Shown one piece after another: positions 27,571 through 39,959 of a stretch of 64,000 bases of DNA (position 1 is the first letter of the stretch; every line of letters begins with the position of its first letter). The notes beneath the pieces are model-generated. The model was not told where the DNA came from. It saw only the letters and a program-made list of their open reading frames with translations, and searched no databases. The stretch lies in assembly GCF_009914755.1 (NCBI RefSeq), contig NC_060930.1, one strand, 5' to 3'. The translations under genes were made by a program, and so were the position numbers. Origin of the DNA: the human T2T-CHM13v2.0 reference genome, Homo sapiens.

Positions 27571-29525
27571 TGGAAGTTAGAATTGTTCAAAGACAGAGAG
27601 GAGAAAGACTTAGTACTCCTCTTTTCCCCCCTTTTACATTGTCCCACTTATTGCTTCTTATTTGGCATACTTGGAGACTAACTGGCCTTGTCACCTTCAG
27701 TGTTGCTGCCCTGAGCCCATTTTCTACTCTACAGCCAGACAGAGCTTGCTAATGCTCAAATCTGATCATGTCACTGTACTTTGTAGACCACTTCAAAGGA
27801 TCCTCTAAACAAGAGATAAAGTTTAAATTGTTTGACACAGTTAAAAGATCTTGCATACACTGCGGCATACCTACTCAGCAGCCTCCTCTCACCACATGTT
27901 CTCCTTCTACCTTTTACTTGGACCTAGCTACTTAACAAACTGAACCATTTAGGTTTTACTTTTTAGCCTAGGGGCACATCAAAACACTGAGATGGTAATG
28001 GCAACAAAGTCTGGGATCCTCTGTCCTACACTATAATTGTTTCTTCTTCGAGGGTCCCATTGGAACCTTTTTATGTTATGGAAGTATTTAGGAATCAGTG
28101 AAAAGGTTTTGTCCCCTAGAAAAATAATTATATATGCTAGAAAAAAAGTATATATGCTCCTGCATTTAAGAGATTCATGGGCCCTTGCACCCCATCTGTG
28201 GACCCACTAGAGTAAGAACATCTTGTTGAGGGTTTGACATAGCCTGAATGAATACGTAAGAGGTTTAACCTATCTAGTTTTACATCTGCCAGCATATCCA
28301 AGGGAAATTAGAACACTAGAAATAGCCCTTAGGAAGGGAGAAAATGTTCAGTTTTTTGCAAAAACAAAGTGGAAATCTGGCTCTCCATTTTGGGGATTTG
28401 GCGGTTTGATTGATGACATCTCTCTTTTGGGTTCTGAACAACCAACAGACACAAGGGACCATATAAGACCAAAATATCTGCTCCATTAATGGTTTGGATG
28501 TAGTGACAAACAACTTAAATTGGACTCTGATTGGGAAGGCACAAGGCTCTGGCTATTGCATGGGAAATGAGAGGTGCTGGAGAGCTGGAGCCTTGCTGAT
28601 CCATGGGACAAGAAGCACAAGCTAAATTATAAGAGGCAGAGTGACAAGTGAGTGGTGATAGCTAATGCATTCCTGCCCAGAGATGAAATGCCAACCCAAT
28701 GGTATTAACCTCTCACTGGTTTCCCTAGGTGAGCCTGTCACCCCTTCTATGGGGGCAGGAAGTCACACACCAGCTATGTTCGTAATATCTCCTTAAAAGG
28801 TTACAAGAGTTGGAAGCTCCTAATTTTAGGATACATGCTGGAACTCAGGGAAGGGAAGAGGATTACCCTTACATCCCCTTAATCTTATCATTATTGTTGT
28901 TTGTTTGTTTGTTTGTTCTGTCTGTTAATGGATACACAGTCCTAAATCTTACCCTGAATAACCCAAGGGATCTGTAGAATGCCTACATAGAAATCATAAA
29001 GAAAATGAATACACCTTGAGAAAAGGCTCAAACAAACCCCATATTCTTAGAGGTTCATCTTTTCTTCTCTGTCTCTCCATTTCTCTGTCTCTCTCTCCCT
29101 TTAGTTACCCTATAAATATCTCCACTTGCATATTAATTATGAGCTACACTGCCTAGTGTAGCCATGTCCCTTCCCCCTTAGGGGAGACAATTCAATCATC
29201 TGAGATCTCAAGGCTTAGTTCTTGATAAACTAAATAATTTGGAAAACTCTGCCTTTGGCCTGCTATTTAAGCTTACTGTTTTGCCCTGGGACTTAAACCT
29301 CAAGGTTTGCTCAGAAGGTAGAAGTCTACAAGATACTAAGATTCTAAAAGAAAGGTAAGGGGCATTTATTTAATATTTGCAAAACGTGATTTCCCATTGC
29401 AAATGGTCTACTTCCATTTTAAAAGTAAGGTGAGTACCCTTGGGTAGTAAACTGCAAGCTAAAAGGAAGAATATAAAAAGAGACAAGGAAGTTTGAGTAC
29501 AGGCTGGGTAAGAAAGGAAAACCTA

Positions 29526-30130
29526 TGTTATCACAGTTTGGACCCTAAGTTCTTGGCTCTCATGTAAATAGAAATTAACACCACGCCAAACCGAAATTTT
29601 TCTCAAGCAAAGCTTAATAGGCTTGCAGCTCAGGCAATGCAAGAGAGCAGCGCATGGGAATGGGATTCTGGTGCTAGCTCTCTGAAAAGTGTGGCTCTTA
29701 CCATTTTAAGAAGTTGAAGCAGAAAAAGGAGCAACGTGTAGGCATGAAAAGGTGGGGAACTTTTAGCACATGCTTCTCTGTGGGTCACATGTCTCATTAG
29801 CATGTTAATTCTGTATCCCTGGGTGTGATTTTGGTATTATAATATGGAAAAATTTGGTGAAGGTCAACACTGGAGTCTATCTTGTCTTTAGCCTGCTGCA
29901 TCTGGTCAGGTTCTTATCAGGAACACCAGAGTCCCACTTCAGCAACCTGGGCAGAAGTAACTCAAGGAGACAAACATATTCTTCCTATTATGGCTGGGAA
30001 TTCAGCTTGGTCAGCTAAGTTAGGGAGGGGCAGCCTTCTGCTACATGAATTGGGTCAGCTTTTTCCAGTTTAGGATATAATTTTCTTAGATATGTCTTCA
30101 GCTAGTAAGTGAGTGAATGTATTCCTAACA
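29526..30130 (-). mobile_element. Probable ERV1-class solo LTR
   Basis: TGTTA...TAACA termini, AGTTCTTGGCTCTCA...AGAAATTAAC motif typical of reverse ERV1 U5; no TSD found. Confidence 0.5.
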
Positions 30131-30190
30131 TGATAGTTTATAAGGAAACTGGGTAATCAAGATCAGCATCATCTCCAGGCAAAGGAATTC

Positions 30191-30489
30191 TTTTTTTTTT
30201 TTTTTTTTTTTTGAGACAGGGTCTTACTCTGTCACCCAGGCTGGAGTGCAGTGGCTCAATCATGGCTCACTGCAGCCTCGACTCCCTGAACTCAGGTGAT
30301 CCTCCCACCTCAGCCCTGAGTAACTGGGACTACAGATACATGCAACCGCACCTAGCTAATTTTTGTATTTTTTGTAAGGATGGGATTTCACCATGTTACC
30401 CGGGCTAGCCTTGAAGTGGGGTCAAGCAATGTGCCCACCTCAGCCTCACAGAATGCTAGGATTACAGGAGTGAGCCACCACACCCAGCC
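30191..30489 (-). mobile_element. AluJ-type SINE
   Basis: Poly(T), GAGACAGGGTCT, ATCATGGCTCACTGCAGCCTCGA (AluJ features). Confidence 0.92.
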
Positions 30490-32407
30490 AGAAAATCTTA
30501 AGTTTGAACATTAGATAGCTTTAAATTTCAAAAATGTTACCCGAAGTTGTGAGCTCTTGTGCTCTCTCTTTCTCTTTCCCTCTCCCCTCCCTCATTATTA
30601 ATACCCCAGCTGCCCCCCCACAAACAACATATACCTATAGAAACTTGTTTTTGAGATCTTGATATGAAAAGACTATGGAAATGACTATGCATCTGTGCGT
30701 TGAATTTTTGTGAGATAAACAGCATAGGGGGGAAGCCCCAGGATCCCAATTTCCTTCAATAGCTAACAGCCACCACGGATGGGCACACAGAGCCTGCGAG
30801 GCTCTCCATCTGTACAAACAGCACGTGATTCTGCTATTCACACCACATTTTCCTTCAAAATGCCTTGTAATGTACAAAGATCAATAAAAAGTGAACCAGT
30901 ACTTTTATTTAAATGTCATCTCATAAAAGCAAGCAACACAGACAAACTTTTCCCAGAGCAATTCTATTATAATGTGCTACTCACAGATGGCAAAGCCTTC
31001 TCTTCTTCCCAAGCTCTTGACCAAGAAGGCTCACATTTATTCTTTTAAAAGTTAGCTATTGTTCACTGAAAAAAAAGAAATGTATGGAAGCCATTTTTTA
31101 AGAGGAAAACAAATTTGGAGTACACCAAAAATCAAGTTGTTCTTAGGCTGCATTCCTTTTGAGTTTATCTCTTGGTCTTCGAATTTGATGGCCAGTGGCC
31201 TGTCAGTGGGACAAGCTGAGGTAGAGGCACATATACCCACTGTGAAGCCAGGTGTGGAAACTATAGGGGAAAAGAGATGTTCTAGAAATTCTACCCTTGA
31301 TTCTCATTTTTCTGATCTCTTTTAAGAAAATAACTGGCCCTGAAAACTAATTTCCCTCATGTTATTTTGTATTTTTAGACCAGGCAGGGTGAAGAACAAT
31401 GAAGCAAAACAACAAAGGCAGCAATCATGAAAATTAATATCTTCAACACTCTGCCTACCCTTATTTGCCTTTTGAAAAACATCTGCCTACAGTGTTTCTT
31501 TTCACTTATTATGGGCATGTCTGATCAATGTTTTGCATGTCATGCAAACAATTTGGTTAACTGAAAACTCACAAATTATAATATCCTCTTTTGATAATTG
31601 TTGTCAAAATGCATGTCAGCGGTGAAATCCTGAAGTTGTGCAAGTTCAAGAAAAGTTTTTAGATCTTCTCCTTTTCTCCCTCTTCCTTTCTTTCCTTCTC
31701 TCTCTTCCTCCCTTCCTTTCCTTCCATAGTAGAAATAAGCAAACCAGATCAGCCAAATAAGCTTTAAATCCCTGCTCTCCAAGACACTAGCCATTTAGTC
31801 TTGAGTCTTTAGTTTCCATATCTGAAAAGTGACTATGATATTGCCTTCTTTGCATGATTCCTCTGAGATTTGCAGATATTTGTGAAGTACATGGCAAAGT
31901 ACATATTCAATAAATAGTAGTGACTCTCATAATTTATGTAACAAATATTTTTTACCTAATGTATATAAGAAACCACATTGAGGTGCTTATCATCATAGTA
32001 TTAATAGTATGTGCTTTGACAAGGGTACAGAGGACTATCTAACAAATGATCTAATACTCGGGATTACAAATAGTAGACTTCATCATAGGCAAAACCAAGC
32101 CTATGACTTGTGATCTAACTACCTGATGCAATGTGGGGAGCAGTTCTAAGTACTGTTGACTGACAATCAATGCTAGTTGTTACTCATGGAAAGGGTACAG
32201 CCTCACCTGGGAACACTTTAATCCTGTGACAGTCCACACCCCAATCCAATTGTCATAACAGCAGGCTATTTGGCTTAGAGAATGGACAACACTGACATAA
32301 TGAACTTCTGTTTGTGTATTTATTTAATATGCAAATAGTCACGGCTTTTGATACTGTTTCTAGGGGAGGAGAGATCCGAAAGACTTTCTTATCAAAAAGC
32401 TGTGCTA

Positions 32408-32539
32408 CCATCACCATAACTGTAAACATGCTAAGAACCGCTGGATTATACACTTTAAATGGGTGAATTCTATAATATGTGAATTGTATCTTAATAAATC
32501 TGTTTTTTAAATTAAAAATTTTAAAATAGCTAAAAAGTT
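32408..32539 (+). mobile_element. Short L1M (L1MB-like) 3' end insertion
   Basis: TACACTTTAAATGGGTGAATT...GTGAATTGTATCTTAATAAA; perfect 14-bp TSD AAAAAGCTGTGCTA at 32394-32407 and 32540-32553. Confidence 0.85.
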
Positions 32540-32814
32540 AAAAAGCTGTGCTAACAAATCAGTGGGATTGAGTTTAAAAAGCTAATATCCAACAGAATGC
32601 CTTCCATGTGCTGCTTTATATAGTTATTTTCCATCTTTCCAGTCTTTCCCTTCCCATTCCACAGTTAAATTTTAATATTTGATGAACATTAATTTTTTGA
32701 AGACTGGAACTTATTTATTTTGCAGCTTTTAGGCAATATAATTCATAAGCACCCTTTCTATGGGCTAAGCAAATTATACATCACATTTCCTAGGCAAAGA
32801 ATATTTCAGGGGAT

Positions 32815-33040
32815 AAGGGATGTGGTGTAACACTTAAGAGTTCTGGAGTCAGGCTGCAGTCACTCAAATGTCAGCCCTACCTTTTTCTGTGGTGTGTATT
32901 TGTATAAGCTGTTTAACTTCACTGAGCCTTGAGTCTTCACTGGTAAAGTCAGGTTTGTTGAGAGGATCAAATAAAATCGTGATTCACAACACTTAAAACA
33001 GCGACTACATTAGTAAGCACTTGAAAAAATTGTAGCTAGT
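32815..33040 (+). mobile_element. MIR
   Basis: TCTGGAGTCAGGCTGC...TTTAACTTCACTGAGCCT...GTTGAGAGGATCAAAT...TAGTAAGCACT. Confidence 0.75.
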
Positions 33041-33813
33041 ATCATTAAGATCTTATAGGATTTTAATCTGAATTATAACAAGGTGCACTGTAATGACACC
33101 TCTAATACTTGTAATTTTTATTGGTCCTTCATGTACTATGACAGTTCAGACTTACAAATGTACACATTTCAGAACTGGACTTCAGTTGTTGCTTAAAATA
33201 TTTTCTCTCTCCTCAGCCTCCTCACTTCCTTTATAGATTCATCTTTCATTGAGGAAGCCAGGGAAAAAATGGTATATTTCATTTCAGACAGCCTTTATGA
33301 ATAAGACTACATGGATGGTCAAAGTTTTAGTTTCTGACAAGTTTTGTAGGAAAAAAAAACAAACCATAATTTTTGATCTTTGCTTCTTTATTTTCAGCAG
33401 ACCAAGTAAGTCGCATTGGCACAGATATATGCTTCTGTGGTAGTTAATTGGAAGGAAAAATGTCCGTGCTCTTATGTCTGCATATGTACTCAATGCAAAC
33501 TTTGAATTTATGTTTTGAAATTGGGACAATTTGAGAATAAAATAACCTTAACTGTATTTCTTTATTGTTTCAGTTCAAGTACTTATACTTTGTTTTTGAA
33601 AAAAAACAATCTTAATTTCCTACTCTGACATTCCCCTACTTACACCACAGATTGAGGCAGTTTGGAATATGTCAGGGTCCATCTCTGCTGTGAGATCACT
33701 CATATCTGACAACCTGTTTAAGAACCTTGAAGATGCTCTGAGGCCAATTGTAATTCCCCCCAACCACCCCAGAGAAATACATGGGGCCAGGGTGGACTGC
33801 ATAAGCAGCACTG

Positions 33814-33833
33814 CCACTGCCAGAGGGTGCTGG
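33814..33833 (+). promoter_or_regulatory. Candidate CTCF site
   Basis: CCACTGCCAGAGGGTGCTGG resembles CTCF core CCNCNAGRGGGCGC; motif only. Confidence 0.4.
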
Positions 33834-34931
33834 TTGCCAAGGAGCCTGCTGCCCCACTGCCTGTCTGCCCTGCCGCTTCACCTTCAAGATTCTTAGGCAC
33901 TTGATCTTGTGTCCTCTATTGCTAGCTATTTCTTGCTCTTGCTTTCTTTCTCCATCACTCCTCTTCTGTCTCACTCTCTCTTCTCCTTTCTCTCACTTTC
34001 TTTCTCTATTCATCCTTTGCCTGCTTGTGCCATTGCCTGCACTGTTTGGTTCTTTCATTGATTTCTATGGCACCAATCTCCATGGAATCTAACCACTCAG
34101 ACAAACACATTAGGTTAAATATAGGCCTGTGTAGGAAGAGAAGAGACACATTTCTCTTGCTTCCTTTCCTTTAGGAAAATCTATGCTTGATTAAGTGACA
34201 TTATTCCAAGGTAAAGAGCAGACATCGAAGGGTGTTAAAAAGAGGAGAAAAATAGATTTGTATTTAGAAAATGTTATCTAGCTGCAATGTGGAAAACAAA
34301 GGGGAGGTCAGGATGGGAAGCATGGAAACAAGTTAACAGGCTGTTTCAGTTGTTCAAGTTAGTGAAAATGGTGACCTGAAAAGGGGTAGTAGCAGTGACA
34401 ATGGAGAAAGTGAGTCTGGACATAGATTCAATCACACTTGGAGACTGATTAATAGATGTAAGTGATTGAGGTAAAGGAAGAGATGATGACCACTCTGAAG
34501 CTTCTTGCTGAGATGGCTGCCATTACCATTAGGGAACACAAAAGAACAATAGGTCTGAGGCAGGAGATATTGAATTCCATTTCATTTGGGGCAGGTTTGT
34601 AGCATGTATGGTACTTCTAAGGGGAAATGCCCAAGTAGTTGGATGTGTGAGTTGGAAGCCCAGTAGAGATGTCTGAGCTGCAAATATATGTTCTTGACTT
34701 ACCAGCATAAACATGACAATTGAAGCCATGAGAAGAGATGAGACAGCCCAGGAAGAGTATGAAGAGATCAGAGCTCTGAAAAGACTGAGATGGAACGCTA
34801 GGGAATTAAGAAGAAAGTGATGAGAGGGTGGTGACATGGAAACATATGAGGGGGAAAAAGCATTTTCATGAGGATTCAGTGGTCTCCAGTGTCAACACAG
34901 TGACTGATAAATCAAATATGAATAAAGAAGA

Positions 34932-37900
34932 ATGGAGGGAGGAGAGAAAGCAGCAAGTAGATGCAAAATGAGAAAGTCACTGAGAGTTGAGAGGAGGCAG
35001 CAGATAACTGGGAAATCCAAATCTTCTCCCAAAGTACCTGTGGTGATTCAGGACAACAGTCTTCCCACGGGGCCCACTCCACAGATCCACATACTCCAGA
35101 GGCCCGCCAGAGTGGTGGGGTCAATAGCCTCTGCTCCATCAGCAGCCAGTCCTCCCAGTCAAGCCCCCAGCACAGCAGAGGCCAGCCCTTCTGGTCAAGT
35201 CCCAAGCACAGTGCAGGGCCAGCCCTCCCAGTCAATTCCCTGGCACAGCAGGGACAGAGCACACAGCAGTCCAGAGGTGGATCCTGGGCCTTGCTGGAGG
35301 AGGAACAGGAGAAATTCATGCTTGACAGGCCAACCAGGATAGCCTAACCCAAAGACAGGAGCCAGCCCAATAAAGTGATCAGGCACCCTTTGGTCCTGAT
35401 GAGTCACAAGGCTTCAAACAGTGCAGTTAAATTAAGGCAAGAAAAGGTGCCTTATGACTTCACTGCCTCCCAGGTCATCCTCCACAGGCTGCACTGACCT
35501 GGCAAACAGCTGGATTAGAGCAGAGAACACCTAACTTACTTGTGCTGTGTTCCTCCTTGTTGTGCCCATTGGGACCTTGAACCTCATGTACTGTGCCCTC
35601 CTCCCTTTACGTCTTCCCCCTGTGATTGGCACATGCTCATCTACAAGGGCTGTTCTAAGTCAATGGATAGGGAAATGGTGGGAATCAGGGAAGGGTTGGA
35701 GGGACCTATCAAAGACTTATGGTAGAGAGTTAAACAGTGCCACTTGGCCACTTGGGGTAAAGCCAGTGCCACCAATAACAGTTTATCATGCTCATTAATT
35801 TGGGATTTCAAAACAGAGATATGAACTCCAGCCCACTCACCCCCAAGTGGGTGTCTTAATCACTTCAAAAGTTCCATTTGAAAACACCCTTTCTTTTTTT
35901 TTTTTTTTTTCTTATTTTCATTTGTTCATACAAATATTTGATTTGTAAGAAAAAGTGCATGGGTGGGATTTTAGCAGTTTAATGAATTTTTAATCGAGAA
36001 AGGGTAGTTTGGTAGTTGACTTAAAAGTGTTTTTGGGAAATTCACTAGAAACACTAACCAACAGTATTTGAGTGAGCTTAGCTTCGGTATTCCTACTGCC
36101 TCCCAGAAAAGGGGCAGGGCTCTGTAGCCCCAAGACAAATTAGCACACCAGGCCTAGACCTCCCTACCTCAGCTAAGTTCCAGAGCATCTTGGCCTTGCC
36201 TAGAGACAAAGTGAGTTCTATAGGGTAAGAAAGCCTGGGGAGGTAATTTGGGAGATAGAGAAAATGAGCAGACTTCCCCCTCCTATACTGTTTAGGGTGG
36301 TTCTCTACCAGCCAAGTTTACTAATTCTAGAAAAGAGCAGGAAGTCTCAGAGAGTGGGAAGTCACTCCTGGGCTTAGAAGAAAAAGATGTGAGACTTGTT
36401 CAGTATTTCACTGTCAGCACAAGGAAGACCAGAAGAGTCTTGCTCCAGGACTCTCAGCCATCTGCCTGGTATGGTCAGAGGGTGAATAGATCTTCCGACT
36501 CCAACAAGGCTTGAACTCTTAAGGATCTGTGGTGCTTCATCTCCATTGATGGCCCCAGCTCGGTAACTATAGCTGGCACATTTCCTCTGTGAAATCAGTA
36601 CTTTGGGAGCAGACCATTCTGAATAAAATTGAGAAAATCAAAGCTTTGCACTCCAGATTGATAACAGAGTGGTTCTCCAGAGGCCTAGACTACCCTTCAC
36701 TCTTTTGCCAGAGTGAAGGCCTGGAATCGAGGCTGTTTCTCCTCTGTCCCTGACTTCTGGAGATTTGCTTTGGCTCCTTGAGGTGGAAGAGGTTAAAAGG
36801 AAAGCTGCCCAGTGCAGCTCTGTGTGTACAACCTGGCTCCTCTCAGGCTTTCTGATTCCTTCCCTTGCACTGTGCCTTATCCCTTAGCCAGCCAGATGGC
36901 TTCCCCACTCCTAATCAGCAAATACATTCTAGAGTGGTTGGTGTGGTTTTGCAATTAGGGTAGCATTTAGGGTGCCCAAGGTGGGCAGGTTTCACAACTC
37001 ACTCCACCTTTGGTTCACCTGGCTCTCAGCCTTGCCCTTTGGGAACGGCAGGCCAGCCAAAACCAGCAAACCATGTTCCACAACATCTTCCCCTTAGGAG
37101 GAAAGGCCAGCTACCAGTTGAGTCAGTTACTAGTCCATTGGACAGCCTTATAACTGTGTGAAGCCAGGAACTGTTCATGAGCAGAGCTGGAACAGAGTTT
37201 CAGTCAGTAAGAAGGGGCATGACCCCCAGGATTGGGCAAGGAAAAAAGTTGGCTGCTATCTTTATGGTTCCACTGCACTGACCAAGTGTCCACATCTTAA
37301 ATGTATAATGTCCATCCCTCATGTAAGAGTAGTTTCTGGCCCAAGACGAGACTGTCATTTCAATTGGAGAAGTGTGCTGAAGTAGACCAGGTGGAAAGGC
37401 CAGCAGTGCTGATGGCTCAGCAGTTGGGACCACCTGTTTTTGCCTTGCTCCCACCACTCTAGAGGGAGCCAAAGAGAAGGCTGGCTGTTGGGTGTCTGCG
37501 GATTGACAATGGGGCAGGGACTAGTACACCCATCTCCCTCTGGCCAAAGATGGGGTTTTGCCCACTATGTGCCTGTCAACACCCACCAGCAGTAATTCCC
37601 TGGACTTCCCAGATAGAGAAGTTGCAGGCAAAAATTTTAAAAGAAAAGATAAAACTATTGTTTTTGTAGGAGGTGGGAGGGGAGATGATGAAATAGTTTC
37701 AATTTTGTGTGTGTGTGTGTATGTGTTTGTATGTGTGTTTTCTTGAGGTGGTAGTCTGTAACTTTTTTTTCTTTCCTTTTATAATTTTCTTTCTTTTTCT
37801 TTCTTTTTTTTTTTTAGTAAGTTGCAGACGTCAGCTTAGAAAACTCCAAGGGGATGGGGGGCAGAAGCCTAAGGCTACCACCCCTTTATTTGCCTTCATG

Positions 37901-38481
37901 CTGCTGTCCCTTTTCCCCAGCTCCTCTCTAACCCCACGAGCCAGGCCTCAGACCTTCAGGCTAACTGATTCCCAGGAGCCACTGTTCTGATGTCAGCCTA
38001 TAAGCAAAGGAGCTGGTGGTCCAGGTCTGGTGACCAATCCTTCTCAGCCCACTCAATCAGGGTGATCTCCACCTATATGTGGGAAATAAAACTACATCTG
38101 CTACCATAAGCCCCTTCCAGAATCCACCATACCCTGCTCTGGCCTATCTAAGGATACACTGCTCAGGGATGGGTTGGCAGGGCTACACACTCAGCTTTTC
38201 TGGTAAGCAGAGACTCAAGAAACCTCTGGGGTCCTGTTTTCTGGTCGTGTTATCCCAGAGGTGCACATCGACCCCTTGGATGTCTGAAAAGAGGGCATTG
38301 GAGGGAGGCCAGAAGTGCTGATGGTTCACTATACACCTTGCAGTCTTACTCTGCTGGTATAGTAAGCAGCTGCCCACCCCACCTCACCCTGCACTGTGGG
38401 CTCCTGAGTCAGCATATAAAGCTTTTGTAAATTATATTTTAAATACATGTTTTAAACTTGAAAAGGAAAAGAATAAATAAA
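34932..38481 (+). pseudogene. SZRD1P: Processed pseudogene of SZRD1 (SUZ RNA-binding domain containing 1, C1orf144) with ~3 kb 3'UTR
   Basis: [31 protein letters not shown] vs SZRD1 [31 protein letters not shown]; C-terminal AATAAAGTGATCAGGCACCCTTTGGTCCTGATGAGTCACAAGGCTTCAAACAG...TAA (35430) matches NNVIRQPLGPDGSQGFKQ; intronless, frameshifted, A-rich tail 38461-38481. Confidence 0.92.
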
Positions 38482-38566
38482 TCAGAAGACATTTTGCAGT
38501 GAGAAGGAATAGGTAGGAAAAAGAATGTGGGAACAACAAAGGAGGATAATTCTGTCAAGAAGTTTG

Positions 38567-38857
38567 TCCAGGCGCAGTGGGTGCAAATGTAGTCCCAGCT
38601 ACTGGAGAGGTTGAAGGGAGAGAATGGCTGGAGCCCAGGAGTTCTGGGCTCTAGTATGCTATACCAATCAGGTGTTTGGCATCAATATGGTGACCTCCCC
38701 AAAGCGGAGAACCACCAGGTTGCCTTAGGAGGGGTGAACCTCCTTAGGCAGGTCAGAAACAGAGCAGGTCAAAACTCCTTTGCTGATTAGTAGTAAGATT
38801 GGGCCTGTGAATAGCCACTGCACTCCAGCCTGGGCAACATAGCAAGACCCCATCTCT
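38567..38857 (+). pseudogene. 7SL (SRP RNA) pseudogene, RN7SL-type
   Basis: Alu domain plus S domain GGCATCAATATGGTGACCTCC...ACCACCAGGTTGCC...GAGCAGGTCAAAACTCC...GTGAATAGCCACTGCACTCCAGCCTGGGCAAC; short deletion and many substitutions. Confidence 0.93.
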
Positions 38858-39959
38858 AAAAAACAGAACAAGATGAAGATGAAGACAAAAATGAAGAAAA
38901 GGAGGAGGAAGAGGAGTGGAGGGATGACTAAGACTAAGGAATTCAATATTTGATAGAGGGATGGAGCATTTCCTCATCTGCTCTTGAGATGAGCACACTT
39001 GAGCATGTTTAAATGCCAGTGGAAAGGAGCCATTAGAGAGTGAAATATGGAAGATACAGGGAAAGGAGGTAGGTACCTGAAAGATCCATGTCCTCAAGAA
39101 AGTAGGAAGACAAAATTCAGGGCACTAGCACACTGTGCAGAATTAATGTTACATAGGGAAAGAGACTCATTATTTTCCTGAAGGGAAGGAAATGAGGAAA
39201 GTGGGTGTGGATGCAGATGAATTTGCAGATTTAGTCTAGGAGTTGAGAAAGGTACAGTCTAATGGATTCTATATTCTCTGAGAATGAAGTGAGACTGTCT
39301 GCTGTGGACAAGGGTAAAGAAGCAGAATTAGAGCTGTGAAAAGTAAAGAAGATCTGAAATAGTTCCTTCAGTGAATGGAGGAATGGTTGATTAGGGATTG
39401 ATAGAAATTTTGCCTGTGGCACAAAGGGCGCTGATCAAGTCGGCGCTTGTGATTTTTGAGTGAAGCTCATCTAGGAAATTGTGTGATTTTTCTCCATCAG
39501 CCTACTATGGATTCAAAGAACTAGGAACGTGGATTCATTGAGGGTTGGGTTTTTTTCCTAGATGAGTCAATGGAAAGAAAACAGGCAAAGGAGTTGGTAA
39601 GACAATAGTTGATGTGACAGAGCATGAAATCCATAATGAAAAGAAAAGAGTGAAGAGAAGCCTGCTGAGTGAAAGGGAAGCAATGAAGAGAAGGTGAAAG
39701 AAGAATATCAGTGATATCAGACAGCAGCTGCCATGAGAGAGCTGGGTGGAAAGCTGAACAGAGAGGGAGCTATGGAAACAAACAATTCTATTGAGGAACT
39801 TAGCTGATTCCTTTGCTGAATTCTGCCTCTTTTCTTGCTCAATTGGGCTCATGCTATCTAGCTATAGTTAGAGAATTTTATATGATCATAAGTGGAAGTT
39901 TTTTTTCACAATTCCATGTTCAGATAATGGTAAATGCAAATATCAGCATGAGAAAATGA

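Larger units (their letters stand above)
34150..39790 (-). mobile_element. Long L2 remnant (34150-34925 and 38480-39790) split by SZRD1 and 7SL retrocopies
   Basis: Purine-rich L2-like sequence on both sides of the retrocopy continues in register. Confidence 0.65.

Noticed and set aside
33620-33974. Overlapping ORFs as a coding exon
   Set aside because: No recognisable protein similarity and no matching splice-site pair
35145-35252. CRISPR-like array
   Set aside because: Head-to-tail units without spacers inside a eukaryotic pseudogene; no cas genes
38567-38857. Functional 7SL gene or ordinary Alu
   Set aside because: Has the S domain (so not Alu) but is degraded with a deletion and an A-rich tail
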